From: Vulcanimicrobiota bacterium
GTDB lineage: Bacteria > Vulcanimicrobiota > Vulcanimicrobiia > Vulcanimicrobiales > Vulcanimicrobiaceae
Direction of reading: 5' to 3'
Length of the DNA stretch: 64,000 nt
Assembly (NCBI GenBank): GCA_963733295.1
Contig: CAVTCS010000003.1
Location: 640,001 to 704,000 of the forward strand
Position numbers and translations under genes: made by a program. A model generated the notes under the pieces. The model saw only the letters and a program-made list of their open reading frames with translations. It was not told the origin of the DNA and ran no database searches. Shown one piece after another: positions 1 to 10,714 of this stretch. Within the stretch, counting starts at the first letter, position 1, and each line of letters begins with the position of its first letter.

Positions 1-283
1 GGCAATCGGACGGGAAGGGCAGAACGTGCGGCTTGCCGCGCGATTGACCGGCTGGCGTCTCGACATCACGAGCGAAGCGGATGCGGAAGAGGCGCGCGCG
101 CGCTATTTAGTCGAGCGCGAGGAACGCCTCAACGCCCCCGAACCCGAACCGATCGCGGAAGGGGAGGCGGCCGAGGGCGAAACGGAGGCGCCGGCGATCG
201 ACCCGGAGCTGATCCGCAAGCTCGAGGAGTTCCGCCGCACGATGCTCGAGCGTCGCGACGAACACGACGGAGCCGCCGAATAG
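1..283 (+). CDS. nusA: Transcription termination factor NusA, 3' part (runs off window start)
   Basis: Frame from base 2 reads [22 protein letters not shown], the NusA KH2 signature; upstream of ylxR/infB. Confidence 0.93.
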   Translation, partial: AIGREGQNVRLAARLTGWRLDITSEADAEEARARYLVEREERLNAPEPEPIAEGEAAEGETEAPAIDPELIRKLEEFRRTMLERRDEHDGAAE

Positions 284-512
284 CGCCGCCCGCACCCCGG
301 CCCGGACCTGCGTGGGGTGCCGGCAGCGTTTCGCGCAGCGCGAACTCGTTCGCTTCGTGCGGCACGCAGACGGCTGGCAGCGCGATGCCGGGCGGCATCG
401 CGGCCCGGGCCGCGGCGCGTACCTTTGCTCGAGCGACTGCGCGCGTCGAGTCGTCAAGAACAAACGCTTTGCAGGGTTGGCGTCCGCGGCGGCCGGTATG
501 GATTGGGCCTGA
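264..512 (+). CDS. ylxR: YlxR/RnpM family RNA-binding protein (start uncertain)
   Basis: RTCVGC..ELVRFV..GRGAYLC..C motifs; between nusA and infB; no ATG/GTG/TTG upstream of RTCVGC in frame, ACG at 264 assumed. Confidence 0.85.
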   Translation, partial: TTEPPNSAARTPARTCVGCRQRFAQRELVRFVRHADGWQRDAGRHRGPGRGAYLCSSDCARRVVKNKRFAGLASAAAGMDWA

Positions 513-520
513 GCGGCTCT

Positions 521-549
521 TTGCCCGGCGCGCCCCGGCCGTGTATGAT
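521..549 (+). promoter_or_regulatory. Sigma70-type promoter upstream of infB
   Basis: TTGCCC-17 nt-TATGAT. Confidence 0.5.
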
Positions 550-646
550 AGGCGGGCCCCCCACGCGGCCGGAGCAACAAACGATGAAGTAAGAGGCTTC
601 CCGAACGCAGCCAACGATGCGGCGAACGGGTTTTAAAAAGGACGAT

Positions 647-3474
647 ATGGCAACCGGTAAAGTGCGCATTTTCGAGCTGGCGAAAGATCTCGGGCTTTCT
701 TCGAAAGACCTGATCGGACTATTCGCGCAGCTCGGCCTCGAGGCGAAGAATCAACTCAGCGTCGTCGATGACAACATCGCCGAACTGGTCCGGGGCGTTC
801 TCCTGGGTGGCGCGAAGGCCGCTCCCAAGGCTGCACCGGCTGCGCCGGCCGCCCCCGCGACGCCGCCCAAGAAGGCGGCCCCGGTGCGCAAGATCGCCAA
901 AGCGGTCGCGCCGGCCCCAGCTGCCGCTCCCGATGAGCCGGTTCCGACGCTCAAGCCGGTCACAACCCCCGTTCGCCGCACCGCGAAGGCTGCGCCGGCC
1001 GCAGCCCAGGCCGTTCAGGCCGCTCCGCCTGCTGAGGAAGCGCCTGCCGAGGCGGCGCCGCCGGCCGCCGCGACCGCCAAGCCGAAGCCTGAAGACGGCT
1101 CGGCGCCGCGTAAGGCTCCGCTCAAACCTGCCGCCGAACGGCCGGCCGTCCCGCGCGCGCGGCCCGAGGTCGCGCCTGCCGCTCCCGAGGTCCCGATTCC
1201 GCAGCTGCGCCCGGTTCCGGCTGGACGCTCAACGATCGCCGAACCGCGCCCGGCACCCGCCGCCCCGCCCACGACGGGCGTTGCCGCATCGGCCGCGCCG
1301 GGCCCGGCGACCGGAATCCCCGGCCGTCCGGGAGTCGCTCCGCGACCCGGGCAACCGGGCATGCCGGGCCAAGGCTACCAACCGCGTCCGATCGCGCCTG
1401 GTGCGGTCGCGCCACGCCCCGGCCTGCCCGGCGCGCCGCCGCGTCGCGCCGGCAACGGACCCTTCCGGCCACTCGCGCCTCCCGCAGGTGGACCGCGGCC
1501 GTTCAATCCGAGCCCGGCCCCGGGCGCTCCCGGAGCGCAGGGTCCGAGCCCAAGTTCGGGCGGTTCCCGCGGCCGGACCGGCGGACGCGACCGCGAGGAC
1601 GCGGCGGCCAAGAAAGATCGCGAAAAGGAGATGCTCCTCGATAAGGAGCGGCGGCGCAAGAAGAGCGGTTCGCTCGACTCCGCGCCCGCGGTCGCGCCGA
1701 CCGTTCTCGAAACGATCGAGATTCCGGACGTTCTAACCGTTCAAGAACTCGCCACCTCGATGATCGTGCCCGCGAAAGACGTCATCAAGGAGCTGATTAA
1801 AATCGGCACGATGGCGACGATAAATCAGAACATTCCGGCGACCGTCGCGCAAGGCGTCGCGAAAAAGTTCGGGTTCAACGCGGTTATCAAGGAAGCCGGC
1901 GAAGAAGTCGTGGTCGAGCAAGAAGAAGACCGGCCGGAGTTGATGACGACGCGCCCGCCCGTCGTTACGGTGCTCGGTCACGTCGACCACGGCAAAACCT
2001 CGCTGCTGGACAAGATCCGCGCGGCCAACGTCGCGTTGGGTGAAGCCGGCGGCATCACGCAGCGCATCGGCGCCTACACCGTCGAGCGCAACGATCGCAA
2101 GCTAACCTTCATCGACACGCCCGGTCACGAAGCGTTCACCGCGATGCGCGCGCGCGGCGCCAAAGTCACGGACGTCGCGATCCTCGTCGTTGCGGCCGAC
2201 GACGGCGTCATGCCGCAAACGATCGAAGCGATCTCGCACATTCGCGCCGCGAACGTACCGATCGTCGTCGCGATCAACAAGATGGACAAGGAAGACGCGC
2301 AGCCCGACCGCGTTAAGTCGCAGCTGTCGGAGCAGGGCTTGCAACCTGTCGACTGGGGCGGCAAGACCGAGATGGTGCCCGTCTCCGCGCGCACCGGCGA
2401 CGGCATCGACGCGCTGCTCGAAACCGTGCTGCTCGAAGCCGACATCCGCGACCTCAAAGCCAACAAGAACCGCCGCGCGCAACGGCGTCGTCATCGAATC
2501 GGCTCTGGATAAGGGCCGCGGCGCCGTCGCGACCGTGCTCGTTCAGAACGGCACGCTGCGCGCCGGCGACGTGGTCGTCGTGGGCGGCGCCTACGGCAAG
2601 ATCCGCGCGTTGCTCGACGACAAGGGAAAACAAGTAAAAAAGGCCGGTCCGTCGATTCCGGTCGAGATCATGGGACTTTCCGACGTTCCGAGCGCGGGCG
2701 ACACCCTCGATGGTCGTTTCGGACGAGCGCGTCGCGCGCGAAGCCGCCGCAAAACGCAGCTCGCGCCGTCAAGAGGTCCGTATCGCCGCGGCGACCGGTC
2801 CCCGCATCTCGCTCGAGAGCTTCATGCAGATGCCGACCGACGGCGGCCCGCAAAACGCTCAACCTCATCCTCAAGGCCGACGGTCAAGGTGCGGTCGAAG
2901 CGCTCCGTTCGCGCGTCGAGGGCATCTCCAACGCCGAGGTCGACATTCGCGTCATCTATGCCGGCGTCGGCGCGATTACGCCCAACGACGTCAACCTCGC
3001 CAGTCGCCTCGAACGCGGTCTTGATCGGCATTCAACATCCGGCCGGACGAAACGGTTAAGCGTCTCGGCGAAAACGAACAGGTCGACCTGCGCTTCTACA
3101 ACGTCATCTACGACGTCGAGAACGATCTGCGCAAAGCCATGGTCGGCATGCTCGCGCCGAAATTCCGCGAGGTCGTCCTCGGGCGCGCGGAGGTCCGCGA
3201 GGTCTTCAAGGTCTCGAAGATCGGTACGATCGCGGGCTGCTACGTCCAGAGCGGCAAGCTGTTACGCAATTCCAAAGTGCGCATTTTGCGGGACTCGGCG
3301 GTCGTATTCGAGAGCGAACTCGAGTCGCTGCGCCGCTTCAAGGACGACGTCCGCGAAGTCGCCGACGGGTTCGAGTGCGGCGTGCAGATCGCGAAGTTCT
3401 CGGACCTCAAGCAAGGCGACGTCATCGAGGCGTATACTTCGGAGCTCGTGGCGCCGGAGCCGGTTCCTGCGTAA
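647..3474 (+). CDS. infB: Translation initiation factor IF-2 (about five apparent single-base insertions near 2480, 2709, 2848, 3002, 3030)
   Basis: [13 protein letters not shown]-terminus; [21 protein letters not shown]-motifs; [18 protein letters not shown]-terminus across several frames; AAAGGA RBS before ATG 647. Confidence 0.97.
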
Positions 3475-3481
3475 CGCCGTC

Positions 3482-3701
3482 CGTCTCAGCGGAGACGAAA
3501 CACGAGCGCCGGTTCGTCCTTCCGTGGTCGAACCGGGCGCGGGTTGTCTGCACGGCAGTTGGGGCGTCCGGCCACTGCGGAGTGCAGGCGCCCGGAGCGA
3601 CCTGAGTCGCGCCTTGGGCTCAGTACTGGGTTCGGGGAAGCCGGAGCTGCGGTTTAGGTCGCAAGGGAGTATCGCGTGGAAGGTGTGAGCGGCGTCCGCT
3701 C
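3482..3701 (+). other. Putative structured RNA element in the infB-rbfA spacer
   Basis: Six consecutive hairpins with many G-U pairs on the + strand; longest 3597-3662. Confidence 0.35.
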
Positions 3702-3713
3702 GAGGTTCGGGCG

Positions 3714-4091
3714 GTGAAGCGCGAGCGGATGGCCCGGATCGATCACGAGCTGCAGCGGGAATTGGCGCGGCTGATTTCGGTCGAGTTGAAAGATCCGCGC
3801 CTGGGATTCGTGACCGTGACGCGCGTCGAGGTCGGCCACGATTTGCGGACCGCAAAGGTTTTTGTTTCGATTATCGGGGACCGGCATGTGGCGCGACAGT
3901 CGATGGATGCGCTCGAGTCGGCCAAGGGGTTCTTGCGCGGCGAATTGGGACATGCGATCGAGCTGCGACATACTCCGGAGTTGACGTTCGTCGAGGATCG
4001 CTCGACCGAGAGGGCGATCGCGCTCAGCCAGGTCCTGGCGAAGACGGCGGCGTCGCAAGCGAACGCGGAGGCTGTGGATGATTCGGAGTGA
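3714..4091 (+). CDS. rbfA: Ribosome-binding factor A
   Basis: LKDPRLGFVTVTRVEV..DL..AKVFVS, LRHTPELTFVED; operon position. Confidence 0.95.
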   Translation: MKRERMARIDHELQRELARLISVELKDPRLGFVTVTRVEVGHDLRTAKVFVSIIGDRHVARQSMDALESAKGFLRGELGHAIELRHTPELTFVEDRSTERAIALSQVLAKTAASQANAEAVDDSE

Positions 4092-5058
4092 GACGCTGAG
4101 TGCGACGACGGAAGAAGTCGTAGCGGAGCTGCGGGCGCGGCGCGCCTTCGTCATGGTGAGTCACGTGAAGCCTGACGGGGACACGCTCGGCGCGGGACTC
4201 GCGCTCGGTCTCGCCTTGCGCGCGATGGGCAAGCGGGTCGCGTACTTTCAGCAGGATCCGGTTCCGCGGAACCTGCGCTTCTTGGCCGATTCCGAGCTCG
4301 TCTCACGGACCGTGCCAGCGGACTTGCCGGCCGACACGCTGTGGGTTTTCTGCGATATGAGCGACAGCTCGCGGGCCGGCGAGTTTCTGCCGACGATCGA
4401 AAAACGCAACACGCTCAACATCGATCATCATTTGGGAAACTCACGCTTTGCGGGCCTGAACTACATTCTCGAAAAAGAAGCTTCGACCGGAACGTGCGTC
4501 CTGGGACTGTTGCGAGCGATGAAAGCGCCGATCACGCCGCAGATCGCGACCGCACTCCTCACGACGGTGATGACCGATACCGGGGGCTTCGTGCACAGTA
4601 ACACGACCGCGGCGGTTTTGCAGATTTCGGCCGAATTGATGGATCTGGGCGCGGACAAAGAGCAGATCACGAGCGAGATTTTCGCCAACAAGCGCTTAGC
4701 TGCAATTCGCGTGCTGGGCGACGCGCTCTCGAAAGCGCAGGTTTCGGACGACGGACGTTTTTGCTGGTCGGTGGTCGATGACGCGATGTTGGCGCACAAC
4801 GAAGCCGACGGCGAAGATACCGAAGAGATCATCCAGCACTTGCGCTCGGTCGAAGGCGTCGAAGTAGCGGCACTCTTCAAAGCTTTCGGTGGGGAGTTGC
4901 GGGTGAGCTTGCGCAGCAACGGCAAGATCAACGTCCAAGAGGCGGCGGCACGCTTGGGGGGCGGAGGACATTTTCGCGCCGCCGGGCTCACGTTCGAAGG
5001 TTCGTTACAGGACGCGCTCGATGCGGTGCGTGGAGCGCTCGTAGCCGAAGGGCTCTAG
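4078..5058 (+). CDS. nrnA: DHH/DHHA1 nanoRNase/pAp phosphatase
   Basis: HVKPDGD, NIDHH, TDTGGF, GGGGH..AAG motifs. Confidence 0.9.
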   Translation: MIRSETLSATTEEVVAELRARRAFVMVSHVKPDGDTLGAGLALGLALRAMGKRVAYFQQDPVPRNLRFLADSELVSRTVPADLPADTLWVFCDMSDSSRAGEFLPTIEKRNTLNIDHHLGNSRFAGLNYILEKEASTGTCVLGLLRAMKAPITPQIATALLTTVMTDTGGFVHSNTTAAVLQISAELMDLGADKEQITSEIFANKRLAAIRVLGDALSKAQVSDDGRFCWSVVDDAMLAHNEADGEDTEEIIQHLRSVEGVEVAALFKAFGGELRVSLRSNGKINVQEAAARLGGGGHFRAAGLTFEGSLQDALDAVRGALVAEGL

Positions 5059-5069
5059 GGAAGCCGCAG

Positions 5070-5939
5070 CTGCTCGGATTCGTCAACGTCTTCAAGCCGT
5101 CGGGTCCGAGCTCGGCGCAAGTCGGCGCACGCGTGCGGCGCATCTTCGCGCCGCTCGGCGGCCGAAAGTTGCCGGTCGGACATTTGGGCACGCTGGATCC
5201 CGACGCGGCGGGCGTCTTGCCGCTCGCGCTCGGTGCCGCGACGCGCTTGATCCCGCTGATCGAAGATCGCCGTAAAGCCTACGCGTTCACGCTCGTCTTG
5301 GGACGTGCGACCGCAACCGGCGACGCGAGCGGCGCGACCGTCAGCGAAGCGCCGGTTCCCGCCGACGCCGAGAAACTCTTGCGGGCCGTTTCGGCGCGCT
5401 TCATCGGTCAAATCGAACAGGTTCCGCCCATGTACAGCGCCTTGCAGCAAGGCGGAAAGCGGCTGTACGAGATCGCGCGCGCCGGCGGGAGCGTCGCGCG
5501 AGCCCCGCGCAAAGTCACCTTGTACGGGCTCTCGTTGTTGGGGTACGCGCACAACGAAGCGCGGATGACTTGCGCCTGTTCCGAAGGAACCTACGTGCGA
5601 ACGCTGTGCGAAGACTTGGGCGTCGCGATCGGTTCGGTCGCGCACATGGGCACGCTTCTGCGCGAAGCCTCGGGCCCGTTCGTGCTCTTTGAAAGCCTGC
5701 GGCTGGAAGAGATCGACGCGGCACCCGAAGCAGCGCTCATTCCGCCCGAGCGCGTCATCCCGTTTCCGACGATCGTTCTCGAGGGGCGCGAGGCGGCCGA
5801 CTTCCGGGCGGGGCGTCTCGTCGCGTTGCCGGAAGGCGCGGGATCGAAACACGTCTTCGTGCGCGACTCGACCCGCACGCTGGTGGGTGTCGGCGAAGCG
5901 GTCGGTGCGCTGCTCGCGCCGCGAAAAGTTTTCGTGTGA
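5070..5939 (+). CDS. truB: tRNA pseudouridine(55) synthase TruB (start probably upstream of ORF-track start 5133)
   Basis: GFVNVFKPSGPSS, GHLGTLDPDAAGVL, QVPPMYSA, CSEGTYVRTL. Confidence 0.93.
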   Translation: MLGFVNVFKPSGPSSAQVGARVRRIFAPLGGRKLPVGHLGTLDPDAAGVLPLALGAATRLIPLIEDRRKAYAFTLVLGRATATGDASGATVSEAPVPADAEKLLRAVSARFIGQIEQVPPMYSALQQGGKRLYEIARAGGSVARAPRKVTLYGLSLLGYAHNEARMTCACSEGTYVRTLCEDLGVAIGSVAHMGTLLREASGPFVLFESLRLEEIDAAPEAALIPPERVIPFPTIVLEGREAADFRAGRLVALPEGAGSKHVFVRDSTRTLVGVGEAVGALLAPRKVFV

Positions 5940-6862
5940 AAATCCATCACGATCTGGCGCGCGCGGAGGACGAGCGTCCGCTCGTGCTCGCGATCGGGTT
6001 CTTCGACGGCATGCACCGGGGCCATCGCGAAATCGTCCGCGCCCTGCTCCGCCTGCGCCGGCCCGGCGCCGTCGCGGCGATCCTGACCTTTTCGAATCAT
6101 CCTGCGACTCATCTGCGTCCCGAGCGAGTTCCGCCGCTCATAAACACGCTCGAAGAGCGCGTCGACCTCTTGGCGGCGACCGGAATCGACGAACTCTACC
6201 TCGTGCCGTTCGACGCGGGCATCGCCGCGCTCGAAGCACCCGTCTTCCTCACAGAGATCGTCGCCGGCGCTCTCGGGACGCGGGGCCTCGTCGTCGGCGA
6301 AAACTTTCGCTTCGGCAAGAAGCGTCAGGGCGACGCGACCTTAGCGCGCGAATTGCTCGAACCGCGCGGCATCGACGTGGTGGCGGTGCCGCCGCTCTTG
6401 GACGGAGACGAGCGAGTTTCGAGCACCCGAATCCGCGCCGCGATCCTGCGCGGCGACCTCGCGACGGCCGACCGTCTTCTCGGGACGCCGTACGCGCTGC
6501 GCGGGAACGTCGCACTCGGTGTGGGCCGCGGGCACGACCTCGGTTTCCCGACCGCAAATCTTGCCGTCCCGCCGCATAAGACGTTGCCGGCCGACGGCGT
6601 TTACACAGCCGTGGCCCGCTATGACGGACGTGATTACAAAGCGCTCGTCTCGATCGGGAACAACCCGACCTTCGACGGCGCGGCTCGCACCGTCGAAGCC
6701 TGGCTGCTGGATTTCCGGCGCACGATCTACGGCGAAGAGCTTGTATTGCGCGAGTTCCGCTTCGTCCGGGAACAGCGCCGTTTCTCGAACGTCGAAGAGC
6801 TTTTGGTCCAGATGCGCGACGACGCGACGCACGTCGCCTTCCCCTCGTTTAACGTAACGTAA
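5936..6862 (+). CDS. ribF: Bifunctional riboflavin kinase/FAD synthetase
   Basis: IGFFDGMHRGH, VSSTRIR, GFPTAN, IYGE motifs. Confidence 0.95.
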   Translation: MKIHHDLARAEDERPLVLAIGFFDGMHRGHREIVRALLRLRRPGAVAAILTFSNHPATHLRPERVPPLINTLEERVDLLAATGIDELYLVPFDAGIAALEAPVFLTEIVAGALGTRGLVVGENFRFGKKRQGDATLARELLEPRGIDVVAVPPLLDGDERVSSTRIRAAILRGDLATADRLLGTPYALRGNVALGVGRGHDLGFPTANLAVPPHKTLPADGVYTAVARYDGRDYKALVSIGNNPTFDGAARTVEAWLLDFRRTIYGEELVLREFRFVREQRRFSNVEELLVQMRDDATHVAFPSFNVT

Positions 6863-6875
6863 GGAGAACCAGACC

Positions 6876-7370
6876 GTGAATCGCCTTTTTCTCTCATGTC
6901 TGCTGGCCGGCTGTGCCGCCTTCTTCGTACCGCAAGTGGCCCTCGCGGCGCTGCATACGGGTGAGGCGGCTCCCGCCTTCGACCTGCCGCGTCTCGCCGG
7001 CGGCAGCTCCTTGTCGCTGGCAAGCCTTCACGGCAAACCGGTCTACGTGAACTTCTTCGCTTCGTGGTGCGCGCCGTGTAACGAGGAAGCGCCGGCGGTC
7101 TCGAGTCTTTATAAGAAGTACCGCTCGCGCGGGCTGGTGGTGATCGGCATCGACGAACAGGAGCCGGCGGCTAAAGGCACCGAGTTCGTCAAGAAAAACG
7201 ACCTGACGTTCCCTGCGGTCAGCGATGAAGACGGGAAAGCCGGAGCAGCCTACGCCGCGATCGGCTTGCCCGTTCACATCTTCATCGACCGTCAGGGGAA
7301 GATCAGCACGTACCGCTTGGGCGAGATGCAACCAACCGAAATCGAGGCGGCGATCCAGAAGATTCTCTAA
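6876..7370 (+). CDS. TlpA/ResA-family thiol-disulfide oxidoreductase
   Basis: NFFASWCAPC motif, N-terminal signal, AAGGAG RBS. Confidence 0.88.
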   Translation: MNRLFLSCLLAGCAAFFVPQVALAALHTGEAAPAFDLPRLAGGSSLSLASLHGKPVYVNFFASWCAPCNEEAPAVSSLYKKYRSRGLVVIGIDEQEPAAKGTEFVKKNDLTFPAVSDEDGKAGAAYAAIGLPVHIFIDRQGKISTYRLGEMQPTEIEAAIQKIL

Positions 7371-7462
7371 GCGGAGAGGCTTCGGGGGACGCTTTGGGGA
7401 CGCCCCGAGCGCTACCTTACTCCCGGGCGAGGACCGGTGGACGGTCCTCCCGGGAGGAAACG

Positions 7463-7648
7463 ATGCCGTTGAACGATGCGATGATGTTCCCGATCTCGTT
7501 CGCAGGGGCGCTGGTCGGGATCATCGGAATGATTCTTGCGCCGGACGGAGTCACCGGCGAAGTTGCGGGACTCTTGTTCCTAGCCTGCGCGATGATCTTT
7601 GGGATGCTGGTCGTCTGGTACCCAACCGGGGGGACGCCCGAACAATAG
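7463..7648 (+). CDS. Small two-TM membrane protein
   Basis: GGAGG RBS then ATG; two hydrophobic helices. Confidence 0.6.
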   Translation: MPLNDAMMFPISFAGALVGIIGMILAPDGVTGEVAGLLFLACAMIFGMLVVWYPTGGTPEQ

Positions 7649-7665
7649 GCGAGCAGCCGAGTGTA

Positions 7666-9609
7666 TTAGGCTGCGATTACTTCGATGCGGTCGCTATCGC
7701 GCAACTCGACGCGCGCCGCGCCGCCTTCCTTGATTTCGCCGCGCAGGATTGCGCTCGAAAGCGCGTTCGTTACGAAGCGCGCAATCGTCCGGGCCACGTA
7801 CCGTGCGCCGCTGCCCGCGCCGAGACTCTCGCTCGCGAGAAAACGCCTCGCATCTTCGCTGAGTGAGATCGTGACGTGCAGGGCACCCAGCCGATCGGCC
7901 ACGGCGTTCATCTGCAGGTCGACGATCGACTCGATCTCGGGAAGACCGAGCGGTTTGAATTTCACGACCTCGTCGATGCGATTGAGCAATTCGGGGCGCA
8001 GGTAGATGTCGAGTTCGCTCGGATCGGCATTGCTGGTCAAAATGACGATCGAGTGCCGGAAGTCGACGGTGCGGCCCTTCGCGTCGGTGACGCGCCCATC
8101 GTCCAGGATTTGCAACAGGACGGCCGCCACGTCGGCGTGCGCCTTTTCGAATTCGTCGAAGAGAACCACCGAGTAGGGACGGCGCCGGATCGGCTCGGTC
8201 AGCTGCCCGGGTTCGTCGTGGCCGGCGTATCCTGGAGGCGCGCCCAGCAGACGCGAGACCGTGTGAGCCTCGGTGTATTCGGTCAAGTCGATGCGCACGA
8301 GCGCATCCTCGGTACCGAACAATTCGGCGGCGAGCGCGCGCGCCAGCTCGGTTTTTCCGACACCGCTGGGTCCGACGAAGAGGAAGCCGCCCATCGGCCG
8401 GCGCGGATCCTTGAGGCCGGCGCGCCCGCGCCTGATCGCTTGGGCGACCGCGCCGATCGCTTCGGGTTGCCCCACGATGCGTTTCTCGAGCGCATTTTCG
8501 AGCGCGAGCAGCCCGCGCGACTGGGCTTCGCTGAGCGAACCTTGCGGGATGCCGGTCCACTTGGATACGATCGCGGCAACGTCGGCGGGTTCGACGAGGA
8601 AGGCGCCGCGCATCGCGACGGAGGCGGCGGCCTCGTCCATGAGATCGATCGCCTTGTCGGGCAGAAAGCGATCGACGATGTAGCGTGCGGAAAGCGTCGC
8701 GGCCGCCTCCACCGCCGCGTCGGAGATCGTAACGGCGTGATGTTCGGCGTAGCGCGAACGCAGACCGCGCAAGATGCCCGCGGTCTGCTCGATCGTAGGT
8801 TCGGAAACCATGACGGGCTGGAAGCGGCGCTCGAGCGCAGCGTCCGACTCGACGTGCTTGCGATATTCGTCGAAGGTCGTCGCGCCGATGCACTGCAGGT
8901 CGCCGCGCGCCAGTTCGGGCTTGATCATCGACGACAGGTCGAGGGAACCTTCGGCCGCTCCGGCACCGACGAGCGTGTGCAGCTCGTCGATGAATAAGAC
9001 GACCTCGCGCGACGCGCGCGCGACTTCGTCGAGAATGCGTTTGACGCGGCTTTCGAACTCACCGCGGTATTTCGTGCCGGCAACGAGCGGTCCGAGCGCG
9101 AGCGAAAGGATCCGCTTATCGCGCAGGCCCGCTGGTACGTCCCCTCGCGCGATGCGTTGGGCCAGACCCTCGACGATCGCCGTCTTACCGACGCCCGGCT
9201 CGCCGACCAGCACGGGGTTGTTCTTGCTGCGGCGCGAGAGGATCGCGATCACGCGCTCGATCTCGTCCGAGCGTCCGACCACCGGATCGAGCTCTCCCGC
9301 TCGAGCAGCAGCCGTGAGGTCTCGCGAGTAGGCGGCCAGAGTCGGCGTTCCACCGCGCAAGCGCTTGGCCCACTCGCGCGGGTCGGCCGAGGGTTCGCGC
9401 TCGCGCCGCTGCAAGCGGTCGATGGCATACGTCGTCCCGGCTGCGAGCGCGACCGCCGCGAGGGCGGACCCGAGCAGCGGGACGATGGCCATCCGCCTCC
9501 GCCGAGCGCACGTTTCGCAGACGTCGGCGGCGACCCAGCTGCCCATCCGCATGGTGAAATCGCGGACGGTCGCCGGGCGCGTGCCGCAGGTTTCGCAGAG
9601 TTGTGTCAT
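7666..9609 (-). CDS. Hsp100/Clp class I ATPase with ClpE-like Zn finger and a hydrophobic helix
   Basis: [56 protein letters not shown]. Confidence 0.9.
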   Translation of the reverse strand: MTQLCETCGTRPATVRDFTMRMGSWVAADVCETCARRRRMAIVPLLGSALAAVALAAGTTYAIDRLQRREREPSADPREWAKRLRGGTPTLAAYSRDLTAAARAGELDPVVGRSDEIERVIAILSRRSKNNPVLVGEPGVGKTAIVEGLAQRIARGDVPAGLRDKRILSLALGPLVAGTKYRGEFESRVKRILDEVARASREVVLFIDELHTLVGAGAAEGSLDLSSMIKPELARGDLQCIGATTFDEYRKHVESDAALERRFQPVMVSEPTIEQTAGILRGLRSRYAEHHAVTISDAAVEAAATLSARYIVDRFLPDKAIDLMDEAAASVAMRGAFLVEPADVAAIVSKWTGIPQGSLSEAQSRGLLALENALEKRIVGQPEAIGAVAQAIRRGRAGLKDPRRPMGGFLFVGPSGVGKTELARALAAELFGTEDALVRIDLTEYTEAHTVSRLLGAPPGYAGHDEPGQLTEPIRRRPYSVVLFDEFEKAHADVAAVLLQILDDGRVTDAKGRTVDFRHSIVILTSNADPSELDIYLRPELLNRIDEVVKFKPLGLPEIESIVDLQMNAVADRLGALHVTISLSEDARRFLASESLGAGSGARYVARTIARFVTNALSSAILRGEIKEGGAARVELRDSDRIEVIAA

Positions 9610-9740
9610 CCTTGCTCCTGACTACCACTTCGCCAGGGGGGCGGTTTCAGCTTCAAAGCACAGTTGGGGAAAGGACCCGACCGTGGCTTACGTTAATACG
9701 AACGGGCTTCACCGGCCAGAGGGTTCGATCAGCAGCAGCC

Positions 9741-9986
9741 ATGTCGTACATCATCACCGAGCCGTGCATCGGCACCAAGGATAAGTCTTGTGTCGACGTG
9801 TGCCCCGTCGATTGTATTCACGGCCGCGAAGAAGACAAGATGCTGTTCATCGATCCCGAGGTCTGCATCGACTGCGGCGCGTGCGTTTCGGCCTGCCCCG
9901 TCGAGGCGATCTACGCGGATTCCGATGTCCCCGACAAGTGGAAGAACTACATCGAAATCAACGCCGAGTACTTTAAGAAGGTCTGA
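9741..9986 (+). CDS. FdxA-type dicluster ferredoxin
   Basis: YIITEPC..CVDVCPVDCI..IDPEVCIDCGACVSACPVEAI. Confidence 0.92.
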   Translation: MSYIITEPCIGTKDKSCVDVCPVDCIHGREEDKMLFIDPEVCIDCGACVSACPVEAIYADSDVPDKWKNYIEINAEYFKKV

Positions 9987-10039
9987 GAGAGCTCCCCGGG
10001 GTTTCGGGGGTTCGGCAATCCCATAGCGCCAATGGCGCT

Positions 10040-10714
10040 GTGATGGAGCGGAGCCAGGCCCGGGAATTGATGGACGACCCGGCCGTCGACGCGGTCGAGC
10101 TGGCCGGCAACTTTGCGGATATCGAGCGCGCGAACGCTTGGTTCGGCGGCGCTCGCGCCGTCGTGCGCGAAGTCTTCGCGCGAGGCGCCCGCCGCGTTCT
10201 CGACGTGGGTTGTGGAAGCGCCGATGTCCCGCGCGCGCTGCTCGCCGAAAGCCGCCGCCGGGGTCGTCCGCTCGAGGTCGTCGCCCTCGATCGCAGCGCC
10301 GCCATTTTGGAAATCGCGCGCGAGCGTTCGCGCGGCGAGAGCGCGCTGCATTTCGTGCAAGCCGAGGGCGAGGCGCTGCCCTTCGCGGACGCCGAGTTCG
10401 ACGTCGCGACCTGCAACTTGGCCTTGCATCACTTCGACCCGCCGGCGGCGGTCACGCTGCTCGCCGAGCTGCGTCGCGTTGCGGCCGTCGCCCCGCTCGT
10501 GTGCGATTTACGCCGCTCGCGCCACGCCTATTTCGCGACGCGAGTTTTCACGACGTTCATCGCGCGGAATCGGCTCACCAAACACGATGCGCCGCTGTCG
10601 GTATTGCGTGCGTATTCGCCGGACGAGGCCCTCGAACTCGCGCGGCGCGCGGGTTGGCGCGAACCGCGCGTGCGGCGCGACGCGTTCTTCCGCATGGTGC
10701 TCAGCGATGCCTGA
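10040..10714 (+). CDS. Class I SAM-dependent methyltransferase
   Basis: ELMDDP, VLDVGCGSAD, LALHHF, HDAPLSV. Confidence 0.88.
   Translation: MMERSQARELMDDPAVDAVELAGNFADIERANAWFGGARAVVREVFARGARRVLDVGCGSADVPRALLAESRRRGRPLEVVALDRSAAILEIARERSRGESALHFVQAEGEALPFADAEFDVATCNLALHHFDPPAAVTLLAELRRVAAVAPLVCDLRRSRHAYFATRVFTTFIARNRLTKHDAPLSVLRAYSPDEALELARRAGWREPRVRRDAFFRMVLSDA

Noticed and set aside
810..1570. Pro/Ala/Gly-rich repeats as a separate repeat element or CRISPR
   Set aside because: In-frame low-complexity linker usual for IF-2 N-termini; no constant repeat-spacer pattern
2470..3040. Multiple frameshifts in infB as pseudogenisation or programmed frameshifting
   Set aside because: IF-2 is essential, each break is fixed by removing one base, and no slippery motifs are evident; consistent with long-read insertion errors
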